Shown: positions 21,366-31,559 of the stretch, piece by piece
How the letters are laid out: each line of letters begins with the position of its first letter
Position numbering within the stretch: the stretch's first letter is position 1
Source of the DNA: an uncultured Trueperaceae bacterium
Lineage (GTDB): Bacteria > Deinococcota > Deinococci > Deinococcales > Trueperaceae
Assembly: GCA_963815215.1 (NCBI GenBank)
Contig: CAWFFU010000003.1
Span: 608,001 to 672,000, forward strand
DNA: 64,000 bases
Direction: 5' to 3'
Position numbers and translations under genes: made by a program
Notes under the pieces: model-generated
The model's input: the letters and a program-made list of their open reading frames with translations, nothing else
Told to the model about the DNA's origin: nothing
The model's database searches: none

Positions 21366-21928
21366 GCCGGCCCGGCCTCAGCGTCGCCGCGGCCCTTCTC
21401 GGTTGCCGGGAGCCCCTCGCGCACCCAGCGGCCGGCTCCGCGGAAGAGCACCTCGGCCAGCACGCCGGCGAGCGGAGGGAACAACAACGTCACGAGATAG
21501 CGGACCCAGGTCACATGCACGCCCAGCAACGCGACCTCGATCGGGAGCCGACTCAACGTCCACAGGTTCTTCGCCACCACGAACGTCACGATGGTGCCGA
21601 TGGTGGCGCCGCCTCTCAGGAACGCCACCGCGATCGGGTAGTAGACGTACGGTCCGCCGGGGATGAGCGCCCCGGCCACACCGCCGATGAGGAAGCCGCG
21701 CCAACCCGACTCCTCGCCCAGCCAGCGGGTCACCGTCTCCTTGGAGATCATCACCTGGATGAGCCCGGCCAGCACGAACGCGGCCACGATGAGCACGGCG
21801 ACGCTCACCAGGAGGTGCCAGGTCCCCGTCAGCCCAGCGCCCACACGTGACCAGCCGCCCTCCAGGAAGGCGACCACACCGAGCCCAACCCCGGCGAGGA
21901 ACAGGATGACGGTCATGGTGCGTTGCAA
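21362..21928 (-). CDS. Permease (DUF318/ArsP-like half-size membrane protein)
   Basis: PGGPYVYYPI motif, WLGEESG; GGGAG before TTG 21928. Confidence 0.78.
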   Translation of the reverse strand: MQRTMTVILFLAGVGLGVVAFLEGGWSRVGAGLTGTWHLLVSVAVLIVAAFVLAGLIQVMISKETVTRWLGEESGWRGFLIGGVAGALIPGGPYVYYPIAVAFLRGGATIGTIVTFVVAKNLWTLSRLPIEVALLGVHVTWVRYLVTLLFPPLAGVLAEVLFRGAGRWVREGLPATEKGRGDAEAGPA

Positions 21929-22163
21929 AGGAACTCCCTTCCCTGCGGCGCGTCCGAGCGCCCGAGTGGCGCCGTTGATCCTCCCTTGTGGTACCGCGGC
22001 CGGCCGCGTCCCGCTGTCGTCCATCCACCGCGCGCCGTCGCGGGACGTAGCATGGGGCCGACGCCCACGGGTCACGGCGCTCGACGCGGGCGTGCCTCGA
22101 CCCACGGCGGCCCGTCCCGCCGAGAACGGGCGCGCCGTTTCATGCCCGCCAACCGGAGGTCCT

Positions 22164-23159
22164 ATGCGAATCCTCGACGACGCCCAGGTGCTGCGGCTGC
22201 TCTCCATGCGAGCGTGCATCCCGCTCATGGCCTCGGCCCTGAGCTCGCTCTCGCGCGGCGACGCCCAGGTCCCGCTGCGCACCGTCGTGCCGCTGCCGCG
22301 AGGGCACGATGTGCTGGCGTTGATGCCCGCCCACGCCACCACCCCCGCCGCCCTCGGCGCCAAGGTCATCACCGTCTTCCCCGACAACCATGGGCGCGGG
22401 CTCGACGCGCACCAGGGCGCCGTGCTGGTCTTCGAGCCGGTCGACGGACGGTTGCTCGGGCTCCTCGACGCCTCGTCGCTCACCGCCATCCGCACCGCCG
22501 CGGTCTCGGGCGTGGCGACCAACCGGTTGGCTCGCGCCGATGCCACCACCCTGGCCCTGCTGGGCAGCGGCGTGCAAGCACGCACGCACCTCGACGCCAT
22601 GGCCCAGGTACGCCCGCTCGAGCGGGTGCGCGTGTGGAGCCGCACGCCGGCGCACGCCGAGTCGTTCGCCGCCTGGGCACGCACCGCCTTCCCGATCGAA
22701 GTGGCCACGTTCGGCACGGCCGCCGAGGCCGTCCGCGGCGCGGACATCGTGTGCACCGTGACGGCCGCCCGCCAGCCGGTGCTGGAGGGGGTGTGGCTCG
22801 AGCCGGGGACGCACGTCAACGCGGTCGGCGCCTCCCAGCCCGACGCCCGCGAACTCGACAGCCGCGCAGTGGCCATGGCGAGGCTCTTCGCGGACCGGCG
22901 CGAGTCGCTCGAGCACGAGTCGGCCGACTATCTGGTGCCGTTGCGGGAGGGCCTGCTGGGCGACGCTTCCGTCGTCGAGCTCGGCGAGGTCCTGCTGGGC
23001 ACGGCTGAGGGGCGGCGCACGCCCGAGGAGATCACCCTGTTCAAGTCGCTCGGCCTGGCGATCGAGGACCTCGTTGCGGCCGGATACGTACTCGAGCGAG
23101 CTGAACGCGAGGGCGTGGGGACCGAGGTGGCGTTCGGAGGGGCGCACCCGTCGGGTTGA
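22164..23159 (+). CDS. Ornithine cyclodeaminase/mu-crystallin family protein
   Basis: LTAIRTAAVSG, LGSGVQA, GTHVNAVG, LFKSLGLAIED; GGAGG RBS. Confidence 0.92.
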   Translation: MRILDDAQVLRLLSMRACIPLMASALSSLSRGDAQVPLRTVVPLPRGHDVLALMPAHATTPAALGAKVITVFPDNHGRGLDAHQGAVLVFEPVDGRLLGLLDASSLTAIRTAAVSGVATNRLARADATTLALLGSGVQARTHLDAMAQVRPLERVRVWSRTPAHAESFAAWARTAFPIEVATFGTAAEAVRGADIVCTVTAARQPVLEGVWLEPGTHVNAVGASQPDARELDSRAVAMARLFADRRESLEHESADYLVPLREGLLGDASVVELGEVLLGTAEGRRTPEEITLFKSLGLAIEDLVAAGYVLERAEREGVGTEVAFGGAHPSG

Positions 23160-23408
23160 GGCGGAACGCCGCGCGAGACGCGGAGGTTGCGGCTCGTTGC
23201 CGCCGCCGCCTGGCAGGTTCGATGGACCGGACGGCAGGGCTCGAGAGCGGCAGGCGCCGGAACGGCTACGCTTGTCGCGCACGGCATCACGGAAACGTTA
23301 GCGAGGTGTAAGAATTCGGTGAAGTCGGCAACGAGCGATCGAAGCCTCGTGTGGGGCTGCCCCTCAAGAGGGCAACGCTGTGCTGACACATTCCATCCTG
23401 GAGGCACC

Positions 23409-24870
23409 ATGGTGCGACCGAAACTACTCGCCTACGCGTCTCCCTTCTCGGATTGGCCCTGGTCCTGGCCGGCTGTTCGACGTCGAGCAAAGTGTCCATC
23501 AGCGTGACGTCCAACACCGACGGCCAACGCATCGTAGGCAGCCGCAGCCTGACGCTGGCGGGAACTCTCAGCGGCGGACCCGCCACCGCGGTGAGCGTCG
23601 AGCTCAACGGCACCGCCGTCAGCGGCACGACCCACACCAGCAGCAGCTTCAGCGCACCCCTAACGCTGGCCGACGGCAGCAACAACATCGTCGTCACCGC
23701 CACCTCGAGCGCCGGCACCTCGACCAGCACCCTCACCCTCGTCTACCCCTTCCTCACCTTCACCGACTTCCAGAACGCCTCGGTCGTCATCGGACAACCC
23801 GACATGACCAGCAACGCTGCGCCCGCCACGCCGACCGCGGCGCTGGTCGGGGACCCCTACGGCAACCCGGCACTCGTCAACGGCGCGCTGTACCTCCCTG
23901 ACTACGACCTCAACCGGGTGCTCGGCTTCTCGAACGGCATCCCCACCAGCAACGGCGCCAGCGCCGACTTCGTGCTCGGCCAGGCCAACCTGACCTCATC
24001 CACCTCCAGCGCCACCGCCGATGGCATGAGCGGGCCCCAAACCGTGGTGAGCGCGAGCGGCAAACTACTCGTCGACGGATACGGCAACAGCCGCGTGCTC
24101 ATCTGGAACACGATCCCGACCAGCACACAGGTTCCCGCCGATCTCGTGGTCGGGCAGCCCGGCTTCGGCAGTAGCAGCAGTGCGTGCACCGCCACGGGGC
24201 TCAACGAGCCCGAGAGCATCTTCACGGTGAACGGCAAGCTCATCGTCGCGGACAGCAACAACAACCGGGTGCTCATCTACAACAGCATCCCCACCAGCAA
24301 CGGCGCCACCCCCGACATCGTGCTCGGCCAGAGCAGCCTCACCAGCTGCTACACGAACGCCGGCGCCGGCAGCGATAGCACCAACGCCACCGCCGCGACG
24401 CTGGACTACCCGAGCGACGTCTGGTCCGACGGCACCCGCCTCATCGTGGCCGACCGGGACAACAACCGGGTCCTCATCTGGAACACCTTCCCCACCAGCG
24501 ACTCCCAGCCCGCCGACGTGGTCGTCGGCCAATCGACCATGACCGGGAACATTCCGCCGCCGGCGCAGCCGGGATGAACGAGCCGTACTTCCTCACGAGC
24601 AACGGCAACCAGCTCTTCGTCGCCGATGCGAACAACAACCGCGTCCTGATCTTCGACGGCATCCCCACGACGAACGGCGCCAGCGCCGCTCACGTGCTCG
24701 GCCAGAGCGACTTCACCCACGTCACCTACAACGACGACGGCCAGACAAACACAGCCGGCACCACCCCCACCGCGCGCACGCTCTACTACCCGGCAGGGCT
24801 CCTCCTCACCGACCAAGCGTTGATCGTCGCCGACGAAGGCAACTACCGCTACCTCGTCTTCAGACCCTGA
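23409..24870 (+). pseudogene. Frameshifted lipoprotein: Ig-like domain plus six-bladed NHL-like beta-propeller
   Basis: GGAGG-ATG 23409 is out of frame with lipobox LVLAGC; six xxVADxxNxRVLI repeats split by a second shift near 24552. Confidence 0.75.
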
Positions 24871-24891
24871 ACCACCTGCACACCCACGTTC

Positions 24892-24918
24892 ACGGGCCGG
24901 CCCTCGTGGCCGGCCCGT
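24892..24918. terminator. GC hairpin between convergent genes
   Basis: ACGGGCCGGCC-CTCGT-GGCCGGCCCGT, perfect 11-bp stem. Confidence 0.55.
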
Positions 24919-25079
24919 TCCGTCGTCATGGGTACCGGCTCCTGTGTCGGACGTGTGCCGGGCGAGGGCCATGAGAACGCGTGGGCGCCCGAAGTCCTGA
25001 CGTGCACCCACGCGGCCATCGGCGAACGCGAGCGAGGCGCTACGGGTTGACGATAGGCGGGTCGACGACCATCTGAGGC

Positions 25080-25487
25080 CAGGCGTAGCTGTCCGAGCTG
25101 ACTGACGTCGAAGCCGAACGTGCCAGTGTTCTCGGATGTCACTCAGAGCTTGCCGGTCCCGGGTCGCAAAGCATAGGTCGCGGTGGCGGTCGCGGTGGCG
25201 CCGGCAGTGACGGTCTCGCTGCCGCCACCCGCTCCGGTGTAGACGGTGTCGGCGATCGCGCCCGCGACATGAGCGGTGTCGGCGGTGACGGTATACGTCC
25301 CGGGGGTAAGATTGTTGAGGGTCGTCGGGGTCGTGACGACGGTGCTGTACCCGCCAGGTCCCGTAACGCTGACGTTGCCGTTCGCTCCGGTAGGCAACCC
25401 TGCAACGGATCCTGCCAGCGAACTGGTGGTGGGACTGCTGCTGCATGCGGCAAGCAGCACAGCCAGCGCAGCGACGGCAACCGTCAT
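25080..25487 (-). pseudogene. Truncated secreted lipoprotein (Thr/Gly-rich beta-sandwich) with an in-frame stop
   Basis: LLAAC lipobox, LTPGTYTVTA; GTGKL-TGA-VTSENTGT continues in frame (likely TGG>TGA); 3' limit approximate. Confidence 0.6.
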
Positions 25488-25667
25488 GCGGCTCCGTTAT
25501 CCGCACAGCCGATGTCCGCGTGTCTACTCGAGCTTGTGGCAAGACTAGCAAGGGATGGAGTTGTGGAGTTGGTCCCCGTCGCGGAAACTCTTCCGCTCGA
25601 GGTTCAGGATAGAGTGCCACGTGCATCGAGAGCGTCCCACACTCACGCGGTCTCAGGGGGGTGCGTC

Positions 25668-26724
25668 ATGCCATCGGAGTTTCTACTGTACGGCGCGACA
25701 GGTTTCGTGGGAGAAGCGATCGCCCGGCGGGCGGTAGCACGGGGGCTGCGGCCGATGCTGGCGGGGCGCGATCCCCTGCGTGTGGCGGCACTCGCGGACG
25801 AGCTGGGCGTAGAGCATCAGACATTCGCTCTCGATGATCCCGCCGCGATGGACGCGGCGCTGGCGGAGGTGCCGGTCGTTCTGCACTGCGCGGGGCCGTA
25901 CATCCATACGGCCGCGGCCATGGTGGATGGCTGTCTTCGCGCGGGCACGCACTATCTGGACATCACCGGGGAGCTGCCGGTCTACGCGGCGATCGCAGAG
26001 CGCGACGCCGAGGCCAGGACGCAGGGCGTGATGTTGCTGCCGGGGGTGGGGTTCGACGTGGTGCCGACCGACTGCCTGGCACTGCACCTGAAGCAGCGCC
26101 TACCGGCGGCGACACAGCTGACGCTCGCCTTCCACTCGGATGGGCCGGCAGCCTTGCCGCCGGGAACGGTGAAGACGATGCTCGCCCACATGCCTGACGG
26201 CGAAAAGGCCCGAGTGAACGGAGAGCTGGTGACGCCGCCGCGTCGCGTCAAGACACGACAGATCGACTTCAGGAACGGGACTGCGGACAGCGGCGCGCCG
26301 GACCTGGGGCGATGTGTTCATGGCGTACCGGAGCACCGACATCCCGAACATCGAGGACTACATCGTGCTATCGGCGGGCGCACGACGCGGGCTCGCGTTG
26401 ATGGACTATGCGCGTCCGCTGTTCAAGGTCGAGGCCGTGCGCAAGCTGATGACGCGCGCCGTGAGGTCGGGGTCGACGCCTGAGGAACGTGCGCAGACGC
26501 GCGTGAGCGTCTGGGGTGAGGTGGTCGACGGTGAAGGCCGCCGCGCCGTCTCGCGCCTGCACGGTCCGGAGGCGGGGGTCGAGTGGACGGCCCTTGCCGC
26601 ACTCTCGGCTGTGGAGCGTGTGCTGGAAGGCGACGCCACGCCGGGATTCCAGACGCCCGCGACGGCCTACGGCGCTGACTTCGTGCTGGGGTGCGAAGGC
26701 GTCGTCCGCGAAGACGTCGCGTAG
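25668..26724 (+). pseudogene. Saccharopine-dehydrogenase-like oxidoreductase, frameshifted near 26270-26280
   Basis: YGATGFVG, HCAGPY, HYLDITGE, PGVGFDVVPTD; homology resumes in the +1 frame as TWGDVFMAYRST...PGFQTPA. Confidence 0.8.
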
Positions 26725-26773
26725 GCAGTGACGGGCCGATCGTACCCTTGAGTCCCACGGCACCTCTCCGACC

Positions 26774-26809
26774 GACCGCGCGCGACCGGGTGTACGGTCG
26801 CGCGCGGTC
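26774..26809. terminator. GC hairpin between convergent genes
   Basis: GACCGCGCGCGACCG-GGTGTA-CGGTCGCGCGCGGTC, perfect 15-bp stem. Confidence 0.55.
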
Positions 26810-26831
26810 TTCCAGGGTCTCGCCCCGAACG

Positions 26832-27416
26832 TCACTGGTCGAACATGAACCCCGGCTGTCCGTTCGCCAGCAACGCGGACACCAGCAGCACCAGTGGAGT
26901 GTCGCCGGCGTTGCTCATGGTGTGTCCCGCGCTGCCGCCGTAGGCGAGGCTGTCGCCCGGAAGCAGGACGGCGGAGTCACCGGCCTTCAGCATGTCGGTG
27001 ACCGGCGTGGCACCCGCGTTGGCAGCCCGCGTGACCGTGCCCCGGCCGCGGACGAAGGACGTCCCGAACTTCCCGCTCTGCACCACGACCACCACGTCGC
27101 CGGGATGGCTGTGGGCGGGGATGCTGGCGCCCGGCTGCATGGTGATCCGCAGGAACACCAAGGTATAGCCAGGCGCACCGGCCGACGGCAGCGAGCCGAG
27201 TGCCTCGGTGGTGACGCCGGCCATGGGATCGGCGGGCGCGTCGGCCCGCAACGGGCTGGTGGTCGCCTTCTGCAGCGATCCGGAGCCAGGTACGATACGA
27301 GCCACAGCAGGGGCGCCGGTGAACAACAGCAGCAACAGAACGAAGGACGCCCATGGACGGACGTGGAGCCTCGCGGCCGTGACGAACGGACGGGACACGT
27401 GCTGTCTTGCGGTCAT
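26832..27416 (-). CDS. Secreted cupin-domain protein
   Basis: Hydrophobic signal ending AVA, PGASIPAHSHPG, GDS...GHTMSNAG; GGAGG RBS. Confidence 0.8.
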   Translation of the reverse strand: MTARQHVSRPFVTAARLHVRPWASFVLLLLLFTGAPAVARIVPGSGSLQKATTSPLRADAPADPMAGVTTEALGSLPSAGAPGYTLVFLRITMQPGASIPAHSHPGDVVVVVQSGKFGTSFVRGRGTVTRAANAGATPVTDMLKAGDSAVLLPGDSLAYGGSAGHTMSNAGDTPLVLLVSALLANGQPGFMFDQ

Positions 27417-27474
27417 GTCTACCTCCGAGTTGGCGCAACCGGTGTGGACGGGCGCGCCCAAACAGACCTGCCGA

Positions 27475-27747
27475 TCACCGGTAGAAGTAGGGATCCAGGA
27501 CGGTCACCCTGGTGATCCGTTCGACGGGCAGGCCGTTGCGCTGCGCGGCCCTCCGGATCGCCTCCGCGTCGGGACCGTCGTAGATGCAATACGTGGTGCT
27601 CTTGTCCTCGCTGACGTAGGAGTGGACCCAGGTGACGTCGACCTCGGCATTCCTACCGACCACCGACATGCAGGTATCGGCGCCTTCCTGCGTCAGGGGG
27701 ATCTGAAGCCCGTCCTCGAAGTGTCGTTCGACCAGGAACCTCGGCAT
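27475..27747 (-). CDS. DUF4242-family protein
   Basis: MPRFLVERHF, VTWVHSYVS, TYCIYDGPDAEAIR, GLPVERITRV; AAGGAGG RBS. Confidence 0.85.
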   Translation of the reverse strand: MPRFLVERHFEDGLQIPLTQEGADTCMSVVGRNAEVDVTWVHSYVSEDKSTTYCIYDGPDAEAIRRAAQRNGLPVERITRVTVLDPYFYR

Positions 27748-27826
27748 GACAACCTCCTTCACGTGCACCGGCCGGCGCAGGCTCATGGTGCGCGCCACGG
27801 CGTCACCGTCGCATCGGAAGAATTGC

Positions 27827-30451
27827 CTAGGTTCCGCGTTCGTCGTGCCTATCTTGATCCAGCAAGCCCAACTCGTGCGCCCGGGCGACCGCTTCGGTCC
27901 GGGAGTGCACCTCGAGCTTGGCCAGGACCGACGACACCTGGTGATCGACCGTCCGGGTGCTGACGCCGTGTCGTTCGGCGATAGCGGCGTTGCGAAGGCC
28001 CACCGCGAGCAACTCCAGAACGTCGAGTTCGCGTGGGGTCAGGAAGGCCGGATTGCTGCGAGTGGCCACCCGCGGACCGCGCGGGATCGCTCGGGCACCG
28101 AGCTCGCGCAGGCGGGCGGCAACGCGCTGCGCTGCGGGGCCGGCGCCCAGCTCCCGGAAGGTGGTCAGGGCTGCTCGGAGCTCCACCTCATCACTGCCCT
28201 CCGCGGCCGCTCGAGCCGCTTCGTAGGGACAGCCCAGGTGCTCCCAGGCACGAGCGGCCGCGGCACTCCGGCCGGCGATCTGCAACGCGAACGGCTCTGC
28301 CATGTCGGGCGGAGTCTCACGCAACGCCCCGGCCTTCCACAGCCAGTACGCGAACTCACCGCTGTACCACGGGTGGTGCCGGCGTTGCGCGAGTTCCAGT
28401 GCGCCCCGGACCTCGCTCTCGAGCGGCGCCAGGTCGCCCTCGATCCAAGCCGCTGCGGCCCTGGCCGCCTGCAGCGGCGCGAGTCGCTGGAGCGACGGGC
28501 TCTGGCCCAGCAGGGCCGCTGCTTCGTCGAGGGGGGCCGCCGCGTCGGGGTCCTCGCGGCGCGCCCGGAGGAACCCGAGGACCGTCAAGGCGAGGGCGCG
28601 CGACTCCGTGGCGACCTGTGGGCGGTCGACGACGACGTGTGCGGCGTCCGCCGCGCCGTCCCAGTCACCGAGACGCAGGCGGGCGAGCGCCAGCCACGCG
28701 AGGAAGTAGAGGCGGAGGTTGTCGTGGCCGCTCACCTCCCCCAGCCGCACCGATTCGGCGAGGTGCTCGACGGCGTCGGCCACGAGGTACCGTTCGCACT
28801 CCGCGAGCCCCATGAAGCCATAGGCGCTGGCCACGACGTTCGGCAGGTCGTGCTCCAGTCCGAGCGCGATGCTCCGCTCGAAGTGTTCACGTCCTTCGGC
28901 GCGCCCCGCCTGCAGGAGCGCCCTGCCGACGCTCAGGTGGGCGTTCGCCATCATGGCGACGTCCCCCAGGTGGCCCGTGAGGGACAGGGCTCGATCGCCC
29001 CAGGCGATGGCACCGTCGACGTCGTGGTCGAGCGTGCGCAGCTGAGCGTGGTACCAGTAGGCCCGACCCAGTTCGCGCCCGGGTTCGTGGTCTTCGAGGA
29101 TTGCAACGGCACGGGTGCTCGTGGCGTTCGCGTCTGCGTCGCGTCCCAGCCCGATCAGAACCTGCGCCAGGATCGAAAGGTTGAGTCCCCACCGCACAGG
29201 CTGCCCGAGGCGACGCCAGCGCTCGGCCACGTCGCGCCTCACCTCCGCACTCTCGGCGAGCCGGTCCACGATGGTGCATTCGGTCGCATAGCCTTCCAGC
29301 AGCGCGGCCCGACCGTCCTCGGGCAGGGCGTCCAGGTATGGCAAGCAAGCCCTGTACAGGGCGTATGCCTCCCTGTGGGCCCCGAGTCGTGCAGCGCGTC
29401 GTGCAGCGACCGGAGAGTGGCGCAACACGGCGACTCCGTCACCCGCGGCGGCTGCATGGTGGGCCAGGATCGTCACGTCGGTCCCAGACGGACCACCTTC
29501 AAGGACCTCGAGGACCCGCCCATGGAGCTCACGACGTCTGGCCGGAGTGAGCCGGCGGTAGATCGCGTCTCGCACCAGCTCGTGGCGGAAGCGGAGCGAT
29601 CCATCCACCTCCTCGAGCATCCCCGACTCGATGCAGGTGTCGACGGCGGCGGCGGGGATCCGAAGCGAGTCCAGCTGGGACAGCCGAACGCCGCTCCCGA
29701 CCACGGACAGGACGTCGAGGGCGGCACGCCCCTCCGGTGCAAGTCGCGCCGCCCGAGCCCCCACTGCGTCCAGGACGGTCGCGGGTACTGTGTCCGGCTC
29801 AGCACCAAGGACTTCGGTAACGAAGAACGGGTTGCCGCCGGTCCTTCTGTGGAGCTCCTCGACGTTCAGCGTGCGCAACCCAGCGAGCCGGGCCACGCCT
29901 TCCAGGCTCAGCGCCGGAACCGTGATCCGACCGACGAACGCTGCCGTGGCGAGATCGCCCATGGCGATGCGGAGCGGGTGCTGGCGGTCCAACTCGTCGT
30001 CCCGATAGGTCACGATGAGCAACACGCTCGTCAGAGCGACCCTTCGGCCCAGGAACCTCAGGAGATCCAGGGTGCCGTCGTCCGCCCAGTGTGCGTCTTC
30101 GAGAACGACGACGACCGGTCGGCCCCCCTCGCGCAGCACCCGAAGGAACGAGTCGAACAGGAGCTCGCGTCGTTCGCCCCGCACGGCGCCTTCGAAGGCT
30201 TCCCCCAGCTCGGCGGCCATGTCGATGAGGGGTCCAAGCGGCCGTGGCGTGGCGATGGCGTCGCACGCGCCACGGAAGACGCGGACCTCGCGCGGCAGGT
30301 CCAGGCAGAACCGCTCCACCAAGGTCGTCTTCCCGATACCGGCCTCGCCGCCGACGAACACCAAACGCCCGTGGCCCTGCCTCGCGCTCTGCAACGCGGT
30401 GTGCAGGCTCCCCAACTGCGGCGTGCGTTCCAGGAGGTCGTCCACCCCCAC
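27827..30451 (-). CDS. Large ATP-binding LuxR-family (STAND/LAL) transcriptional regulator
   Basis: GEAGIGKT, VLEDAHWAD, GGNPFF, FRHEL, helical repeats, C-terminal LTPRELDVL...HQVSSVLAKL HTH; TATCCT 7 nt before GTG 30451. Confidence 0.93.
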   Translation of the reverse strand: MGVDDLLERTPQLGSLHTALQSARQGHGRLVFVGGEAGIGKTTLVERFCLDLPREVRVFRGACDAIATPRPLGPLIDMAAELGEAFEGAVRGERRELLFDSFLRVLREGGRPVVVVLEDAHWADDGTLDLLRFLGRRVALTSVLLIVTYRDDELDRQHPLRIAMGDLATAAFVGRITVPALSLEGVARLAGLRTLNVEELHRRTGGNPFFVTEVLGAEPDTVPATVLDAVGARAARLAPEGRAALDVLSVVGSGVRLSQLDSLRIPAAAVDTCIESGMLEEVDGSLRFRHELVRDAIYRRLTPARRRELHGRVLEVLEGGPSGTDVTILAHHAAAAGDGVAVLRHSPVAARRAARLGAHREAYALYRACLPYLDALPEDGRAALLEGYATECTIVDRLAESAEVRRDVAERWRRLGQPVRWGLNLSILAQVLIGLGRDADANATSTRAVAILEDHEPGRELGRAYWYHAQLRTLDHDVDGAIAWGDRALSLTGHLGDVAMMANAHLSVGRALLQAGRAEGREHFERSIALGLEHDLPNVVASAYGFMGLAECERYLVADAVEHLAESVRLGEVSGHDNLRLYFLAWLALARLRLGDWDGAADAAHVVVDRPQVATESRALALTVLGFLRARREDPDAAAPLDEAAALLGQSPSLQRLAPLQAARAAAAWIEGDLAPLESEVRGALELAQRRHHPWYSGEFAYWLWKAGALRETPPDMAEPFALQIAGRSAAAARAWEHLGCPYEAARAAAEGSDEVELRAALTTFRELGAGPAAQRVAARLRELGARAIPRGPRVATRSNPAFLTPRELDVLELLAVGLRNAAIAERHGVSTRTVDHQVSSVLAKLEVHSRTEAVARAHELGLLDQDRHDERGT

Positions 30452-30546
30452 GCTCCGAAGGATAGCAACCCCGAGGCCTCGCTTGAGCCATCGCTGTTCC
30501 CGCGGCACGCCGCGCCCCAAGGTTCACCGACGGTTCACTAGAGCCC

Positions 30547-31377
30547 TCACGCTGGCGCGTTCTCGACATACTCTCGCACGCGGTCGAGCCACTCTCCGGT
30601 GAGGGACCGGAAGAGGCCGCGCTGCTCGATGCTCAAGGCGTGACCCGCACGATCCAGAACCGCGAACGTGGCACGCGGGAAGTTCTCGAGGACGGCCCAA
30701 GCGTCCTGGTACCCGACCAAGGAATCCTGCCGACCCGCCAGCACGAGAGCGGGAGCCGGGAAGCCGGTACCCAGGTCGCGCACGTCGAACGAGAACGCCC
30801 TGCTCTGAAAGAGTCGCTCGAGGAACGCGTGGTCGGCCGCCTCAAGACCGGGTCCCACGTACGCGTGGAACGCTTCGAGCGCCTCGCGGCTCTGCACGAC
30901 GAAGAGATCCTCGAGTTGGGCCTCCTCAGGCGTCAGGGCCTCGAGATAGGCCGCATCCTCAACAAGGACTTGCCTCGGCGGGAGGCGTCGTTTCTCCCGG
31001 TCTCTCTCGACCGCCGGCACGGTCAAGGCAAGCCCATCGACCATCGATCCAATTTGATGAACCAATCCGAGAGCGATGTAACCACCGTACGAAGCCCCTG
31101 CCACCACGAACCGCTGGCCCGGCGCTACCACCTCGAGGAACCCGGTAACGATGTCCAGCACATGGTCCTGGTGCGTGATCCAGTTCGCCCCGGGCGTTCG
31201 CCCCATCCCCGGCAAGTCGGGATAGATCCGCCGCCAGCCCGCCCGTTCAGCGAACAAGGGCTCCATGTCCGCCAGCATCAGTCGATGGTCTGCCCCCCGA
31301 CCGTGAAGCATCAAGATCGGCGTCCCGCTGCCGCGCTCCTCGTAGTGGACCCGAAGTGAACGCACCTCGGCGATCAT
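30547..31377 (-). CDS. Alpha/beta hydrolase
   Basis: LHG, DLPGMGRT, GASYG nucleophile elbow, GRQD, AGH. Confidence 0.9.
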   Translation of the reverse strand: MIAEVRSLRVHYEERGSGTPILMLHGRGADHRLMLADMEPLFAERAGWRRIYPDLPGMGRTPGANWITHQDHVLDIVTGFLEVVAPGQRFVVAGASYGGYIALGLVHQIGSMVDGLALTVPAVERDREKRRLPPRQVLVEDAAYLEALTPEEAQLEDLFVVQSREALEAFHAYVGPGLEAADHAFLERLFQSRAFSFDVRDLGTGFPAPALVLAGRQDSLVGYQDAWAVLENFPRATFAVLDRAGHALSIEQRGLFRSLTGEWLDRVREYVENAPA

Positions 31378-31559
31378 CGGCACCTCTTCCCCCAACGCCC
31401 CCAGATGACGCGGCGCTCTCGACGAACGCTAGCAGGCATGCCAAGGTCCGCGGGCCGAGCTATGAGGAAGCGTGCTGCGCCGAGCGGAAACGACGACCTG
31501 CATGGGTCCGGGCGGGCGCACGTCCCGAACAATACGGTCCGAGGGGCGCTCACACCGGG

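Noticed and set aside
23880..24860. DNA tandem repeats or DGR-like template/variable repeats
   Set aside because: Similarity follows protein blade repeats; no adenine-specific divergence pattern seen and no reverse transcriptase.
25143..25145. TGA recoding (selenocysteine or Trp)
   Set aside because: TGA is the usual stop in this window, the context is not a redox motif, and downstream sequence degenerates.
27827..30451. Anti-phage STAND (Avs-type) system
   Set aside because: C-terminal LuxR HTH and no nuclease, TIR or protease effector indicate a transcription regulator.
27746..30541. 931-aa + strand ORF
   Set aside because: Antisense shadow of the LuxR-STAND gene with no motifs; long shadow ORFs are expected at this GC content.
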